Below are positions 25,552 through 38,821 of a stretch of DNA of 64,000 nt, one piece after another. The stretch is from Octopus sinensis (Eukaryota): NCBI RefSeq assembly GCF_006345805.1, contig NC_043006.1, positions 70,060,001 through 70,124,000 on the forward strand, read 5' to 3'. Under the pieces are notes generated by a model. The model had not been told where the DNA came from and made no database searches. It was given only the letters and a program-made list of their open reading frames with translations. Position 1 is the first letter of the stretch; every line of letters starts with the position of its first letter. A program made the position numbers and the translations under genes.

Positions 25552-25587
25552 ATTTCTGTAGAAGAGCGTAGGCTCGAAACGTAAAAT
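25552..25587 (+). ncRNA. Hammerhead-like motif family B, second copy
   Basis: AUUU-CUGUAGA-A-GAGC GUAG GCUC-GAAAC-GUA|AAAU; 4-bp stem I; shares downstream flank with the 17051 copy. Confidence 0.6.
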
Positions 25588-25627
25588 ACTTTTTCTATTC
25601 CTGAGCGTTATACTAATACATCTGTTT

Positions 25628-26682
25628 GTTTCTGTCTCATTTGGTCTAAAGTCGTATGACAACCACCGTTATATATATTTTTGTTTATTCATTACTGTTT
25701 TCAATTTCGTTTTCGTCTCTTGTATTTACATCCGTCTTGTGCGTTCACATTCCTGTCTTCTACCAAGAATCTAATGCTTACAGCTTAGTTTTTTTTTCGG
25801 GGCTGGCCGAGTTGGAGCAAATATCAGAATTGAACAGCCGAAATTTGCTATGATGATTCGGTGTGTCTGACTGAAGATTGAAGGCTTCGAATGATTTGTC
25901 TGTGTGTTCCGTGTTCGTCCCTTCCTGTATTTCACGTTCATTATATATAAAAACATTCATTCTTATATTATTGCGGCGTTACGTGCACCCCGCCGTTTGT
26001 TTGTCCAATTTTAAACCCTGCACGACTTCTATACACACTGTCTTTCCTACCCGCCATTGCTTCTTCACAAACTTTTTGGCGCCCTCCGATTCTTCCCCCT
26101 CTTCCTCCCATCCTCCTCCCCTCTTCCTCCCATCTTCCTTAATCCCTTCTTTCTCCTTTTCTCTTGGTCACTGATTCTGTCCCCTGCCTTCCACCCTCTT
26201 TGATTCCCTCTCTCTCTGTCTCTCTTTCTCTCTCTCTCCTGCAACCTGCTGCTTCTTAAACCATTCTGTTGGCCATCGTATCTCGACCAACATGTGTCCC
26301 CGCTACCGAAACGGTAATTATTTCTACGCCAGCTGCTATGTTGTTGTTTCTGTCTCATTTGGTCTAAAGTCGTATGACAACCACCGTTATATATATTTTT
26401 GTTTATTCATTACTGTTTTCAATTTCGTTTTCGTCTCTTGTATTTACATCCGTCTTGTGCGTTCACATTCCTGTCTTCTACCAAGAAATCTAATGCTTAC
26501 AGCTTAGTTTTTTCTTGGGGCTGGCCGAGTTGGAGCAAATATCAGAATTGAACAGCCGAAATTTGCTATGATGATTCGGTGTCTGACTGAAGATTGAAGG
26601 CTTCGAATGATTTGTCTGTGTTCCGTGTTCGTCCCTTCCTGTATTTCACGTTCATTATATATAAAAACATTCATTCTTATAT
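25628..26682. repeat. Direct duplication of ~340 bp (25628-25968 / 26346-26682)
   Basis: gtttctgtctcatttggtc...aacattcattcttatat twice, nearly identical. Confidence 0.9.
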
Positions 26683-26998
26683 ATATATATATATATCTAT
26701 ATATATATATATATATATCTATATATATATATATATATATATATATTTCGTTTCTGGATTTTGTTTGCAAGATTTTTATGTGAGTTCGTGGGTTGAAGCG
26801 TATACTGTTGTGCCTGGGGAAAGTCATTCTCTTTTAGTGCCTTATAATCTAACACACTGCCCGGTAAAATTTCCACTTATTTTATTTTTTATTTTTCGAA
26901 AATTTTAGAAAAATAAAAAAGAAATGAGTGGAAATTTTACTGGTGAGTGTGTTGAATTATAAGGCACTAAAAGAGAATGACTTTCCCCAGACACAACA

Positions 26999-27052
<54 letters not shown>

Positions 27053-27149
27053 TTGTGTGTTTATGTATATGTGTGTGGGTTCGTGTGTGTGTGTACGCAT
27101 GCCTATATACTTACACACACATATGCATATTTATATACTTATGCATGCA

Positions 27150-27480
27150 TAGATTATCTCCAGCGTCTATAGTGAAATCTATGAGGCCTCAAGACTCATA
27201 GCCATCCGCTGCATGCGTTGCTACGGACATGTCTTCTACTCTGCACCAGATCATTCTCTCAGGGCCTTACTCTCGTTTAACGCATTTACGAGCTGGAAGA
27301 GGCCCCGAAATAGGCCCCACACTGGATGGTTGGACGGGATTAAGGAAGATCTACAGAGGCTCGAAGTCATCTTGGAAGCGGCAGAAGTGCTGGTACGAAA
27401 CTGCCAACGATGGAGGGTACTGGTTGACCTGGTCGGCTCTAAGCAAGAAGACGCTTCTGGGGCCATTAACCTGAGATGAC
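27150..27480 (+). pseudogene. RTE-type LINE 3' end
   Basis: RCYGHVF...WKRPRNRPHTGWLDGIKEDL...RWRVLV, typical RTE C-terminus. Confidence 0.75.
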
Positions 27481-27834
27481 CCCCAACCCCATTGTACAAG
27501 AGCATGAGTAGGTATCAGCATAGCCATACTGTCCTGCTTTGTCTAAGAACAGATGTGTAGTGTGACGCCGCTTTTAATGTCTAAACCAATATTCAGAGGA
27601 GATTACACATGCTCACCATATGTTCGTCGCACGCCAACAAACAGCGACACATTTACAGACACTTCACATGTTCACGGGTTGAAAAGAGACTACGATTTGA
27701 TCCGCTAGAAAAAGCAGCCACATTTCCTTCAAATTAAAACTTACCGATTTAAAGAAGGGAAAGCACATTAGTTAACATGTTCCTAGATAGACTTATGGGT
27801 GAAAAAAGACAATATGATCACGGCCGGAAGAGTT

Positions 27835-28245
27835 TAGGAGTGGCTGTGTGGTAAGTAGCTTGCTTACCAACCATATGGTTCCGGGTTCATTCCCACTATG
27901 TGGCACTTTGAGCAAGTATGTTCAACTATAGCCTCGGGTCGACCAGAGCCTTGTGAGTGGATTTTGGTAGATGGAAACTGAAAGAACCCGTCGTATATAT
28001 GTATATATGTATATATATGTGTGTGTGTGCGCGTTTGTATGTTTGTGTTTGTCTGCCCAGCATCGCTTGACAACCCTTGCTGGTGTGTTTACGTCCCCGT
28101 AACTTAGCTGCTCGGCATAAGAGACTGATAGAATAAGTAGTAGCCTTACAAAATAAGTCCTGGGGTGTCGATTTGCTTGACTAAAGGCGGTGCTAAGCAT
28201 GGCCGCAGTCAAATGACTGAAACAAGTAAAAGAGTAAAAGAGTAC
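27835..28245 (+). mobile_element. SINE family 1 full length
   Basis: Head, internal (TA)(TG) and tail aagtaaaagagtaaaagag. Confidence 0.9.
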
Positions 28246-28370
28246 ATTACGTGATGAGAGCTCATATGAACAGAAAACGCTGAATAGTAAAAGAGAATAA
28301 CACTAAAGTAGATTAAGAAATCAATGTACTTTAGTATGGAGTACATGCACACATATACACACACATTATA

Positions 28371-28445
<75 letters not shown>

Positions 28446-28446
28446 A

Positions 28447-28487
<41 letters not shown>

Positions 28488-28734
28488 ATATGTATGTATA
28501 TATATACATATATATATATATATTATGTGAAATAGAAAGATGAATAATCTTGTAGTAGATTAATCAAAAGTTTAACCGATACCTTAGTAGCAAAAATCAC
28601 AGCAGTAAACAGCACGGTTGGAGGTAAACCATATGGTGTTGCAACCGTGCGTTGGTGCGGATAATTGAAATTAAAACATTATTGGTGAATTGAAGAATGG
28701 AGCTGAACGCGATTGAACAGAAATCGTTTTATTT

Positions 28735-28757
28735 ATTCTACACGTGTTTCGAAAGGC
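28735..28757 (-). ncRNA. 3' half of a hammerhead motif next to the assembly gap
   Basis: ...GCCUUUC-GAAAC-ACGU-GUA|GAAU with palindromic stem III; 5' core would fall in the gap. Confidence 0.35.
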
Positions 28758-28774
28758 ACAAATTACCAAAATCC

Positions 28775-28874
28775 NNNNNNNNNNNNNNNNNNNNNNNNNN
28801 NNNNNNNNNNNNNNNNNNNNNNNNNNNNNNNNNNNNNNNNNNNNNNNNNNNNNNNNNNNNNNNNNNNNNNNNNN
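28775..28874. other. Assembly gap (100 N)
   Basis: Run of N. Confidence 1.
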
Positions 28875-28926
28875 TATATATTTATATACATACATATTTT
28901 CAGAAATGCTTGAAGATATACGCTTG

Positions 28927-28959
<33 letters not shown>

Positions 28960-29789
28960 GTATATGTATATGTATGTATGTATAATTATATATATATGTA
29001 ATGCATTTATGTAGATATACAGGCACACACACATATGTACAAACATCAATGCATATACATATACAGACTCCCATGTAAAGACATGTTTATATATTCATTC
29101 ATATGCATATATATATATATTATATATATATAATATATATAACTATATACATACATATTCATATATATTTATACACATATGCATACACATACTCACATGT
29201 ACAAACATCCATGCATATATATACAGGCTCCCATGTAAAGACATGTTTATATATGCATATATATATAAGACATGTTTATATATACATATATATATATATA
29301 TATTTATACACACACGCATACACACACGTGCATACACATACACACATGCACACACGCGTGTGTGTGTTTGAGAGCGGGGGGGCGCCAGCATGATCATGAA
29401 CAAGCATGCATGTTTGCAACGTGCATGTATATGTCTATATATATATATATATATACATCCTCGTGTATATACACCTATATGTACTCTTATGTGCACAAAG
29501 CTGCAGTTGAACAAAATAGCATGTCTGCAGCGGATATCGTGACGTAATAAGCTAGACAATAGATCGTGTATATATATATATATATATGTGGTGTATGTGT
29601 GTATGAGTGTGTGTACTATGGTATGTGTATGCGAGCAGGTGTGTGCTTATTTATTGGTTTGCTAGAGTTGTCTGCCTGTGGCAATGTGTGTGTATGATGC
29701 TTTTGTTGTTTGTTTTTTCATTTCTATCTTCTCAATCTATATATGTATCATGTTTATCAAGTTTATAAATCAGTTTGGCATAGAGCTAC

Positions 29790-30700
<911 letters not shown>

Positions 30701-31129
30701 GCAGATAGTTGTAAATAAGTTTGCATGCCAACGTTTAATCTCCATACGTTTAACCTTGCCGTGTAAGCGGACCACGTGCTTAAACGACAGAATTCTCTCT
30801 CTCTCTCTCTTTTCTCCTTCTCTCTCCCTTTCTCTCTCCTCTGTCTCTACCCTCTCTTTCCTCAACCTCTATCCTCTCTATCCTCTCTATCCCCTCTCTC
30901 ACTCTTTCTTTCTTGAACAGCCGAAGTAAACATCGATGAGGAGCTTGTAAAGATAGGTGAAACTAGCCAAGCTGTTCTACACGTTATTCTGCAGTGAGAA
31001 AAACCCCGTGGTTTAACAGCAGGGGTCTGTTTAGACAGCAAGGTTTTACCGCTTATATCCATTAATCATACACTTATTATTTACAAACATCTCCCTCATA
31101 GCCTTGTCGGCATTACCATCATCGTAAGC

Positions 31130-31506
31130 ATCATCACCGTTCATCACCATCATCATCATCATCATTACCATCAGCAGCAGCAGCACCATCATCCCCATCA
31201 CCACCGTCGTCATCACTGCTATCATCACTGCCATCGTCATTACCATCATCAGCACCCTCATTACCATCGCCAACCCCGTCATCATCATCATCATCATCAT
31301 CATAATCATCATCATCATCATTATCATCATCACCATCACCGTTGGCATCTCTTATATTATCATCATCACTATCATCATCATTACCATCATAATCACCATC
31401 ACCATCACTTTCACCCTCATCATCGCTGTTATCATCATGACCGTCACCATCACCGTCATCATCACTGATATCATCATCAACATCATCATTATCATCATCA
31501 TCAGCC

Positions 31507-31569
<63 letters not shown>

Positions 31570-31580
31570 TCATCATCGTC
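31130..31580. repeat. Degenerate (CAT)n tract
   Basis: Directly visible. Confidence 0.9.
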
Positions 31581-31960
31581 ATCTATCGACTACTGCTAGA
31601 ACCAATGTCAAGGATGATGGCGGACGTTTCAATTATTGACGGATGTTTCAATCCATCCGTGCCATTCACAATGCTCTGTTTTCATCAACAGTCACAGGAA
31701 GTACACAACTCATTCTTGCATGAGCCAATCTGAGCTGCCGAGCAACTCTGAGCATCATGGACAGGGTCTGGCCATCTGCTGCTGCTGCTGCTACTGCTGC
31801 TGCCTTTCTGACATGACGTTGGTTAACTGGAGGAAGTTGTCACAGAGTACTCATTCGATGCTTTTCTATAAAGGTAAAAAAAAACCTTCAGTCATGAATG
31901 ACCTTGGGATTCCATCTAAAACGTAACTCTCCGAGGCACAAGTCTTTGCGGCGAATTCCG

Positions 31961-33004
31961 GAGTTCCGGACCCCAGTAATGAAGTCATTTGCATACAGCC
32001 AATCAGAGCAGAGCCACCTGTATCCTTTCTTCCTTTCTAGTCAGCACCGTGCATTCCTTATACTTTCCCTCTCTACTGGCAGACAGCAACTTCTCCGTTC
32101 TCTAACGACTTGACGGGCAAACGAATAAATGAATATATGTAAATAATATTTCTACCTTCTTGGTGCTGATCTTTCGATGTTCAGTGCTTGATCCGACGTT
32201 GGCACGAACTTGCCCAAACTGAACTGCTGGAGTTTTTTTGGGTTTTTTTTTTTCATTGTTTTAAAAAAATCATAGCAGTTTAAGGTTTGATCCTGTTTCC
32301 TGACTGGAAGAAAATGATCAGACTTTAAACCTCTATAACATTTTTTAAAACAATAATAAATCTCTGAGCGAGGTATAAACAGTAGCTGCATGACATCGTG
32401 AAGTATATTTGCCACTTAAATGTGGCTAACCCTTAAGAGTTGATGCTACTGTAGTTTGTAGCCCCAAGAAGACACCTTCTCCAGCTGGCTATTGACACGC
32501 TTTCTGTGCCCTATCAGTATTTGCAAAGGGAAGTCAGCCTTCCCATCTCCAGCCTGACTTCCCTTTGCAAATACTAATAGGGCACAGAAAGTGTGTCAAT
32601 AGCCAGCCGGAGGAGATGTCTTCTTGGGGCTACAAGCTACAGTAGCATCAACTCTTAACGGTTAGCCATATTTAAGTGGCAAATATACTTCATGATTTTT
32701 AAAAACATTTTTCTGGAAAAAATGGAATAACTCCAGCAATTCAATTTGGGCAAGTGTTTTATTGTGCCAACGTCGGAGTAACCAGTGAATAGTGAAGGAT
32801 CAACACCAAGGAGGAAGAAACATTATTTACATATATTTATTTGTTTGCCCGACAGATAGTTAGAGGACGGAGAAGTTGCTGTCTGCCACTAGAGAGGGAA
32901 AGAGTAAAGAATGCACGGTGCTGACTAGAAAGAAAGAAAGGATAAAGGTGGCTCTGCTCTGATTGGCTGTATGCAAATGAGTTTACTACTGGGGTTCAGA
33001 ACTC
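31961..33004. repeat. 1.04-kb foldback palindrome, 16-nt loop (32538-32553), 126-bp insertion in left arm (32274-32399)
   Basis: Arms pair from gagttccggaccccag/ctggggttcagaactc inward to gggaagtcag/ctgacttccc. Confidence 0.95.
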
Positions 33005-33079
33005 ACGTGGGGGAAAAATTTCCTCCTCCAGACAAAGTTGTTTATGGAAAACCAGCAGTCGCTCATGCATACCAGCCTC

Positions 33080-33295
33080 CCCTTTTAACGGCACCAATGT
33101 TATCCAAGGGAAAGGTAAAGGCCGACACAACTTGGCACCAGTGACATCATAATTCACTGCCACAGCTGAGTGAACTAGAGCAATGTGAAATAAAGTGTCT
33201 TGCTCAAGAGCACAACACTCAGCCCGATCCAGGAATCGAACTCATTACCTCATGATTGTAAGCCCAACGCTCTAACCACTGAGCCATGCGCCTTA
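33080..33295 (-). mobile_element. tRNA-derived SINE (head related to family 3)
   Basis: Reverse complement ggcgcatggctcagtggttagagcgttggg...gagttcgattcc...ctcttgagcaagacactttatttcac. Confidence 0.75.
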
Positions 33296-33357
33296 CACGC
33301 TTTCTATATTGTGTTGATATTGGGATCTAAACCGAGCTTCCGGCTGTAATAACCCAC

Positions 33358-33675
33358 GTAATGAAGCAGCATAGCTTAGTGGTTAGGGTTTTCAGCTTAT
33401 GATCGTAAGGTCGTGAGTTCGATTTACGGTAGCGCGCTGTGTCCTTGAGCAAGACACTTTATTTCACCTTCCTTCTGGCCACTCATCTGGCAAAAATGAA
33501 TGATAAATGTATTTCAAAGGACCAACCTTATGGTATCGCTAAATCTCCCTGGGAACTACGTTAAGGGAACACGTGTCTGTGAAGTGCTCAACCACTTGCA
33601 CGTTAATTTCATGAGCAGGCTGTTCCGTTCATCGGATCAACTGGAACCCTCGTCGTCGTAACCGACGGAGTGCCA
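33358..33675 (+). mobile_element. SINE family 3, diverged head
   Basis: Tail gaactacgttaaggg...gtcgtaaccgacggagtgc. Confidence 0.75.
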
Positions 33676-33754
33676 ATTATCCGTTATTAATAGCCCACGT
33701 AAGCTCTAGTTCATGGTTCACAGGGGGTCTGTATTTCACTCATACACAAAGGCC

Positions 33755-33929
33755 CAGGTGTGGCTGTGTGGTAAGTAGCTTGCTTACTGACCACATGGTT
33801 CCGGGTTCAATCCCACTGTGTGGCACCTAGGGCAAGTGTCTTCTACTATAGCCTCGGGTCGACCAAAGCCTTTTGAGTGGCTTTGGTAGACGGAAACTGA
33901 AAGAAGCCCGTCGTATATATGTATATATA
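33755..33929 (+). mobile_element. SINE family 1 head, split from its tail (38791-39050)
   Basis: ggtgtggctgtgtggtaag...gaagcccgtcgtatatatgtatatata then Helitron. Confidence 0.85.
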
Positions 33930-36900
33930 TCTCTTATGATAAAAAGCAGATTTTCTCTGCCTGTTCCCATGTTTCTTTTTAATACATTTCTACAATATAG
34001 AATTTCTTCAATTGGAATTTACCTATGATTTTTCCAAGTAGATTCGATTGGGTCATGGCATGTAAAGATTTTCAATTTGACCCCCCAATTAAGCAAAAAT
34101 TCGAGAAAACTCAATATTTTACGATTTTCCTCTCTCATTTCAAGTGCTTCACTCCTTCCATTACCACCACACTTTCTCCTACTTTCTCTTTGCAAGTGTG
34201 CAACAATGAAGTGAATGAGCCATTAATACTGGTCATCCTTTTTGCTAGAGGAAGATCCGCTATGGTCTTATATGCTACACCACTGGTTTTCAATTCATAT
34301 TAATCAAATTAATATTCAATTTTTCACCCTTATTATGTGTGTGTGTGTGTGTGTATTAGCAATTCGTAAAAATTGCATCAATGACTTGAACTTGAATAAG
34401 TGGTTTCACATAAATGGGGATAAATTAAAAAGGTTTGTTGTTATTATTATTACTGTTTGACTATTATAATCACGTTTGTTGGTTCCTCGTCAGGGAAACG
34501 TTGTTGTGTTGCATTTGTTAAATAATTGTAAACCGTAACCCTCCCCCTTTCGGAGAAGGGGCTTTGGTTATTGTTTAAAAATTGAATTGTGTCCCTGTTT
34601 GGGGAAATTGACAATATTTTCACCGTCTTTACGGAAGCATTTTTGTATAAATACCTTCGATAGAAGAAAGTCCAAAAATGAATTTCGCTGCAGCCGTCCA
34701 AAAATGAATTTCGCTGCAGCCGTACACTTCTATACAAGAGGGAGGACAAGATCCAATTGATCGAAATTGCAAGAGACGGGCCTACAAATCCAGTCTGTTA
34801 TATATTTTGAGTATTGTTATCACTAGCGATATCAAGATATAACTTTGTATTTTGTATTTTATGTGTAGATGTATATATATAGATGTACATGTAACATGTA
34901 CACATATATATACACATATATACATGCATAATATATCTATTCATACACACATACGCACACACACACACACACATTTACATAGGGGCAGGTGTGGCTGTGT
35001 GGTAACAAACTACGTTCCAAACACATGGTCCTGGGTTCAGTCCCACTGTGTGGTAACTTGCCATGTGTTTCATTTGGAAAATGGCCAGCGAACTTACTTT
35101 ACTGAACAGACTGCAGCTGAATTGGCGGCAAATCCAAAACAAACAACTTTGACCGGTTTCTTTAGGCTTTGCCAACTTGACACTTTTATACCCTCAGGTC
35201 CCGTCCTACTATGTGTGGTCAAACAACAATTGGGTGCGTAGGAAGTCGGGTCAGGATGCTGAAGGACATCCTGGTGTCAAGTTTAACAGTTATCTAGGAA
35301 GAGTCTACACTGTACCTCCAAACCAACATGAGTGTTTTCACCTGCGCCTTCTCCTCCATGAGGTTTTAGGCCCACAAAGTTTTCAAGACATCAGAACTGT
35401 TGATGGTGTATTATGTGATACTTTCCGCGAAGCCTGTTTTCGGCGTCGACTTTTGGAGGATGATTAACAATGGGGCGCCACTATGGCGGAGGGTGTTTCG
35501 TTAAAATCTCCTAAAAAAATCAGATCGCTTTTCGCTATTCTACTACTATGGTGTGACTTGGCTAATCCCGCCTCTTTATGGCTTACCTACAAAGATTATA
35601 TGTCTGAAGATTTCCTGCGTCACGCTCAATCGCTACATCCATCAATGGAGGTCGGGTACACTGACATCATTTACAACAGGGCGCTGCTTGAAATCGAAGA
35701 TACTGTACTTGATATGGGCGGTAGTGCCTTGCCGGTCTATGGCCTACCTTCAACAAACCGGGAAGGCACAAACACTCTGTCTTCACATTTGCTGAGACAT
35801 GTTTTAATGTTGACGAGCTTGCCGAGTACATAGCCGACAATGAGCCAAAGCTTCTTCCAGAACAGAAGTTCGCTTACAACTCCGTTGTTAATTCAGTCCG
35901 GGCCAAAGCTGGGGGGATTTTTTTCCTGGACGCTCCTGGAGGCACTGGGAAAACTTTTGTCAACAAATTAATATTGGCTGAGATTAGGCGAACACAAGGC
36001 ATTGCCCTAGCTGTGGCATCATCTGGAATTGCGGCTACTTTGTTGCCAGGCGGCAGGACAGCTCACTCCACTTTCAAGCTCCCGCTTGACTTAGCGAAGA
36101 CTGAGACACCAACTTGCAACATCAGTAACAGCTCCGATCAGGCAGAAGTCTTCAGAAGATGCAAGCTTATCGTTTGGGATGAATGCACGATGGCCCACAG
36201 AGGTGCTCTTGAGGCACTAGATAGATCTCTCAGAGACATCAAACACTCTTCAGCTCCCATGGGAGGCATAACACTTCTTCCTTCAGGGGACTTCCGACAA
36301 ACACTTCCCGTTATTCCCAAAGGGACTAGAGCTAATGCAGTAAGTGCGTGTCTTATGTCATCCACATTGTGGCCACTGGTGAAGACTCTCAAACTTCACA
36401 CCAATATGCGTGCTCATATGCGACGTGATATTACATCAGCAGCATTTTCTCACACCTTCCGTGCACTTGGCGAAGGCAAAATACCAGGGGATGAAAATGG
36501 TAATATTGCCATCGATTCCATTTGTACCATTGTTAAAACGCCTTCTGATCTCAAAGATGCAGTGTTCCCAGATCTACAAGCTAATAATCAGAATATGGAT
36601 TGGATTGGCCAAAGGGCTATTCTGGCCCCGAGGAATAAAACTGTTCACTATATTAATGATGAAATGCTAAAACTCATTCCTGGGGATGTCTATGTATATA
36701 AGTCTATCGATACAACTCCTGACCCAGAGAACGTCATCAACTATCCAATAGAGGTACTCATTTCCTTTGAGCCCCCCGGACTACCACCACACATTCTCAA
36801 ACTTAAAGTCGGTGCCCCTATAATGCTCATTAGAAATTTGGTTCCCCCAAAACAATGCAATGGCACACGTTTGATCGTTAAGTCCTTATCTCCCAATCTG

Positions 36901-38052
36901 ATTGAGGCCACCATTATCACAGGGTGCGGTCGAGGCAATATTGTGCTCATACCTAGGATGCATCTTTTCCCATCAGGAGCAGACCTACCTTTCATATTTC
37001 AGAGGTCCCAGTTCCCAGTAAGGCCATGTTTCGCAATGTCAATTAACAAAGCGCAGGGTCAAACACTGTCTGTGGCGGGAATACATTTGGGAGAGCCATG
37101 TTTCTCTCATGGTCAGCTTTATGCTGGCTGCTCGCGTGTCAGCAGCAACAGTGATGCTTTCGCATTCGTTCCACAACGAAAAACAAAAAACATTGTGTAG
37201 AAGGAGGTTTTATAGGATTACTACGTTTCATCGTTTTCGAACACGTTAGTATTTGACTTACATACGACTCTCTTTTATGATGGCATTTACATTTTTAGGC
37301 GTTTCATGACATTAATTCACACTTAACCAACACCTGTCCTTCGCTCACCTCTATTTCTATCCATTCATCATAAAACCACAGCCTCATCTTCTATATCCAA
37401 CGTACATGACACATCTACCCCTACATCTACACTCTCACTGTTAAAGTTTACATAAGCGACAACACGATCGCAACATACACTTTAGAAACTAAGCAACAGA
37501 TCATTTTATACAACAACAAATTTAATCATAACGCCCATCAATGAAAACATCTCCACCACTGTGTTGTGATTCATCTATTCAGCACCACTACAGTCTTGCC
37601 GGTCTGACATATGGTGAGTAGATGCTATTGTTCTATATTTTTATAAATTACCCATATTTACTTACCCATGCTTCACCCTCTTGCCTACATAGGGAATCCA
37701 TTCTCTTTTAACACAGCATGAAGTTTGTAACAGCACATCCGCTGCCGTTCGTGGAAAACGAAGAGAACCCTATTCACCTGCGAACGTTTTACATCGCCTT
37801 CCACGACTATCAAATTCTTACAATTATGAGAACAATAACATGACTCTTTTCAAGGCAACCTCGCATTCAATTCTTACACCATTCTACGAGAGGGTAGGAA
37901 CCCCTTTACACGGCTTTCTATACACTTACAAATACATTCATTCGCCGTAAACTTATATCAATATTTGCCTGAATAATCATCATAATTCAGTGCAATCATT
38001 AACAGTACTTTCAAGCAACTCAGCCCCGAGCAACGCCGGGCAATTCTGCTAG
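33930..38052 (+). mobile_element. Helitron, internally deleted, both termini present
   Basis: 5' A|TCtcttatgataaaaag; 3' hairpin cccgagcaacgccggg then CTAG|T; helicase remnant inside; no Rep motifs seen. Confidence 0.85.
35075..37200 (+). pseudogene. Helitron Rep/Hel C-terminal part: PIF1-family helicase, frameshifted
   Basis: HLENGQRTYF; LGRVYTVPP..ECFHLRLLL; DAPGGTGKTF (Walker A); WDECTM; GDFRQTLPV; QFPVRPCFAMSINKAQGQT; HGQLY; stop at ~35465 and frameshifts upstream of ORF 35974-37200. Confidence 0.95.
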
Positions 38053-38067
38053 TATATATATATTTAT

Positions 38068-38123
<56 letters not shown>

Positions 38124-38160
38124 ATATATAGATATATATATATATATATATATAATATAA

Positions 38161-38786
38161 TATACATATAAAAGTAATAAATGGTACAACGAAGTACTGA
38201 TATTTACTGGAAAATAGCGATCGTAATAAATACGACGCTATTGTATATCTTCACTGCGTATATACTAGCAAAGACGTGTGTGCACAACAAACATGAAAAA
38301 AATTGTCTTACCTCTAGGAAGAACATCTGAAAAATGAAAAACCTAGAAACGGATAATGCAGGACCGGTTTCAGACTTTTCAAATACGTTTAACAACGTAG
38401 ATTTGATTTGTCCTCATCAGCTGCATATACCTAGACAAAATTTCAAATGTTGCCACATCTATGCCAATACACATGCCTGAACGCCAAAACGTTAACAGAA
38501 CGAGAACAGTGAAGAATTTTCAATGAAAATAGTAATGCAATACGAAAGTATTGCTTTCCAGTAAAAGATAGCCCATAAGTGTAAAATTATACATATAAAA
38601 GTAAATAAATGGTACAACGAAGTACTGATATTTACTGGAAAATAGCGATCGTAATAAATACGACGCTATTGTATAGCTTCACTGCGTATATACTAGCAAA
38701 GACGTGTGTGTGCAACAAACATGAAAAAAATTTGTCTTACCTCTAGGAAGAACATCTGAAAAATGAAAAAACCTAGAAACGGATAA

Positions 38787-38790
<4 letters not shown>
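38161..38790 (-). mobile_element. Candidate retrozyme: ~1.46 copies of a ~430-nt HHR monomer with ~200-bp terminal direct repeats
   Basis: 38161-38360 repeated at 38588-38790; single HHR between the repeats; 5' end at the cleavage-site equivalent; (TA)n on both sides; no ORF. Confidence 0.75.
38356..38426 (-). ncRNA. Type I hammerhead ribozyme (family F), canonical core
   Basis: AUGCAG-CUGAUGA-GGAC[AAA UCAAAU CUACGUU GUU AAACGUA UUUGA AAA]GUCU-GAAAC-CG-GUC|CUGCAU; cut between 38362 and 38361. Confidence 0.9.

Positions 38791-38821
<31 letters not shown>

Noticed and set aside
31600-31900. Unique-looking sequence with (CTG)n, possible exon
   Set aside because: All minus and plus frames contain stops or give no recognisable domain; no clear splice sites
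34465-34500. Minus CCCUGACGAGG...AAACGUGA
   Set aside because: GAAA, stem II closure and the cleavage triplet are all missing
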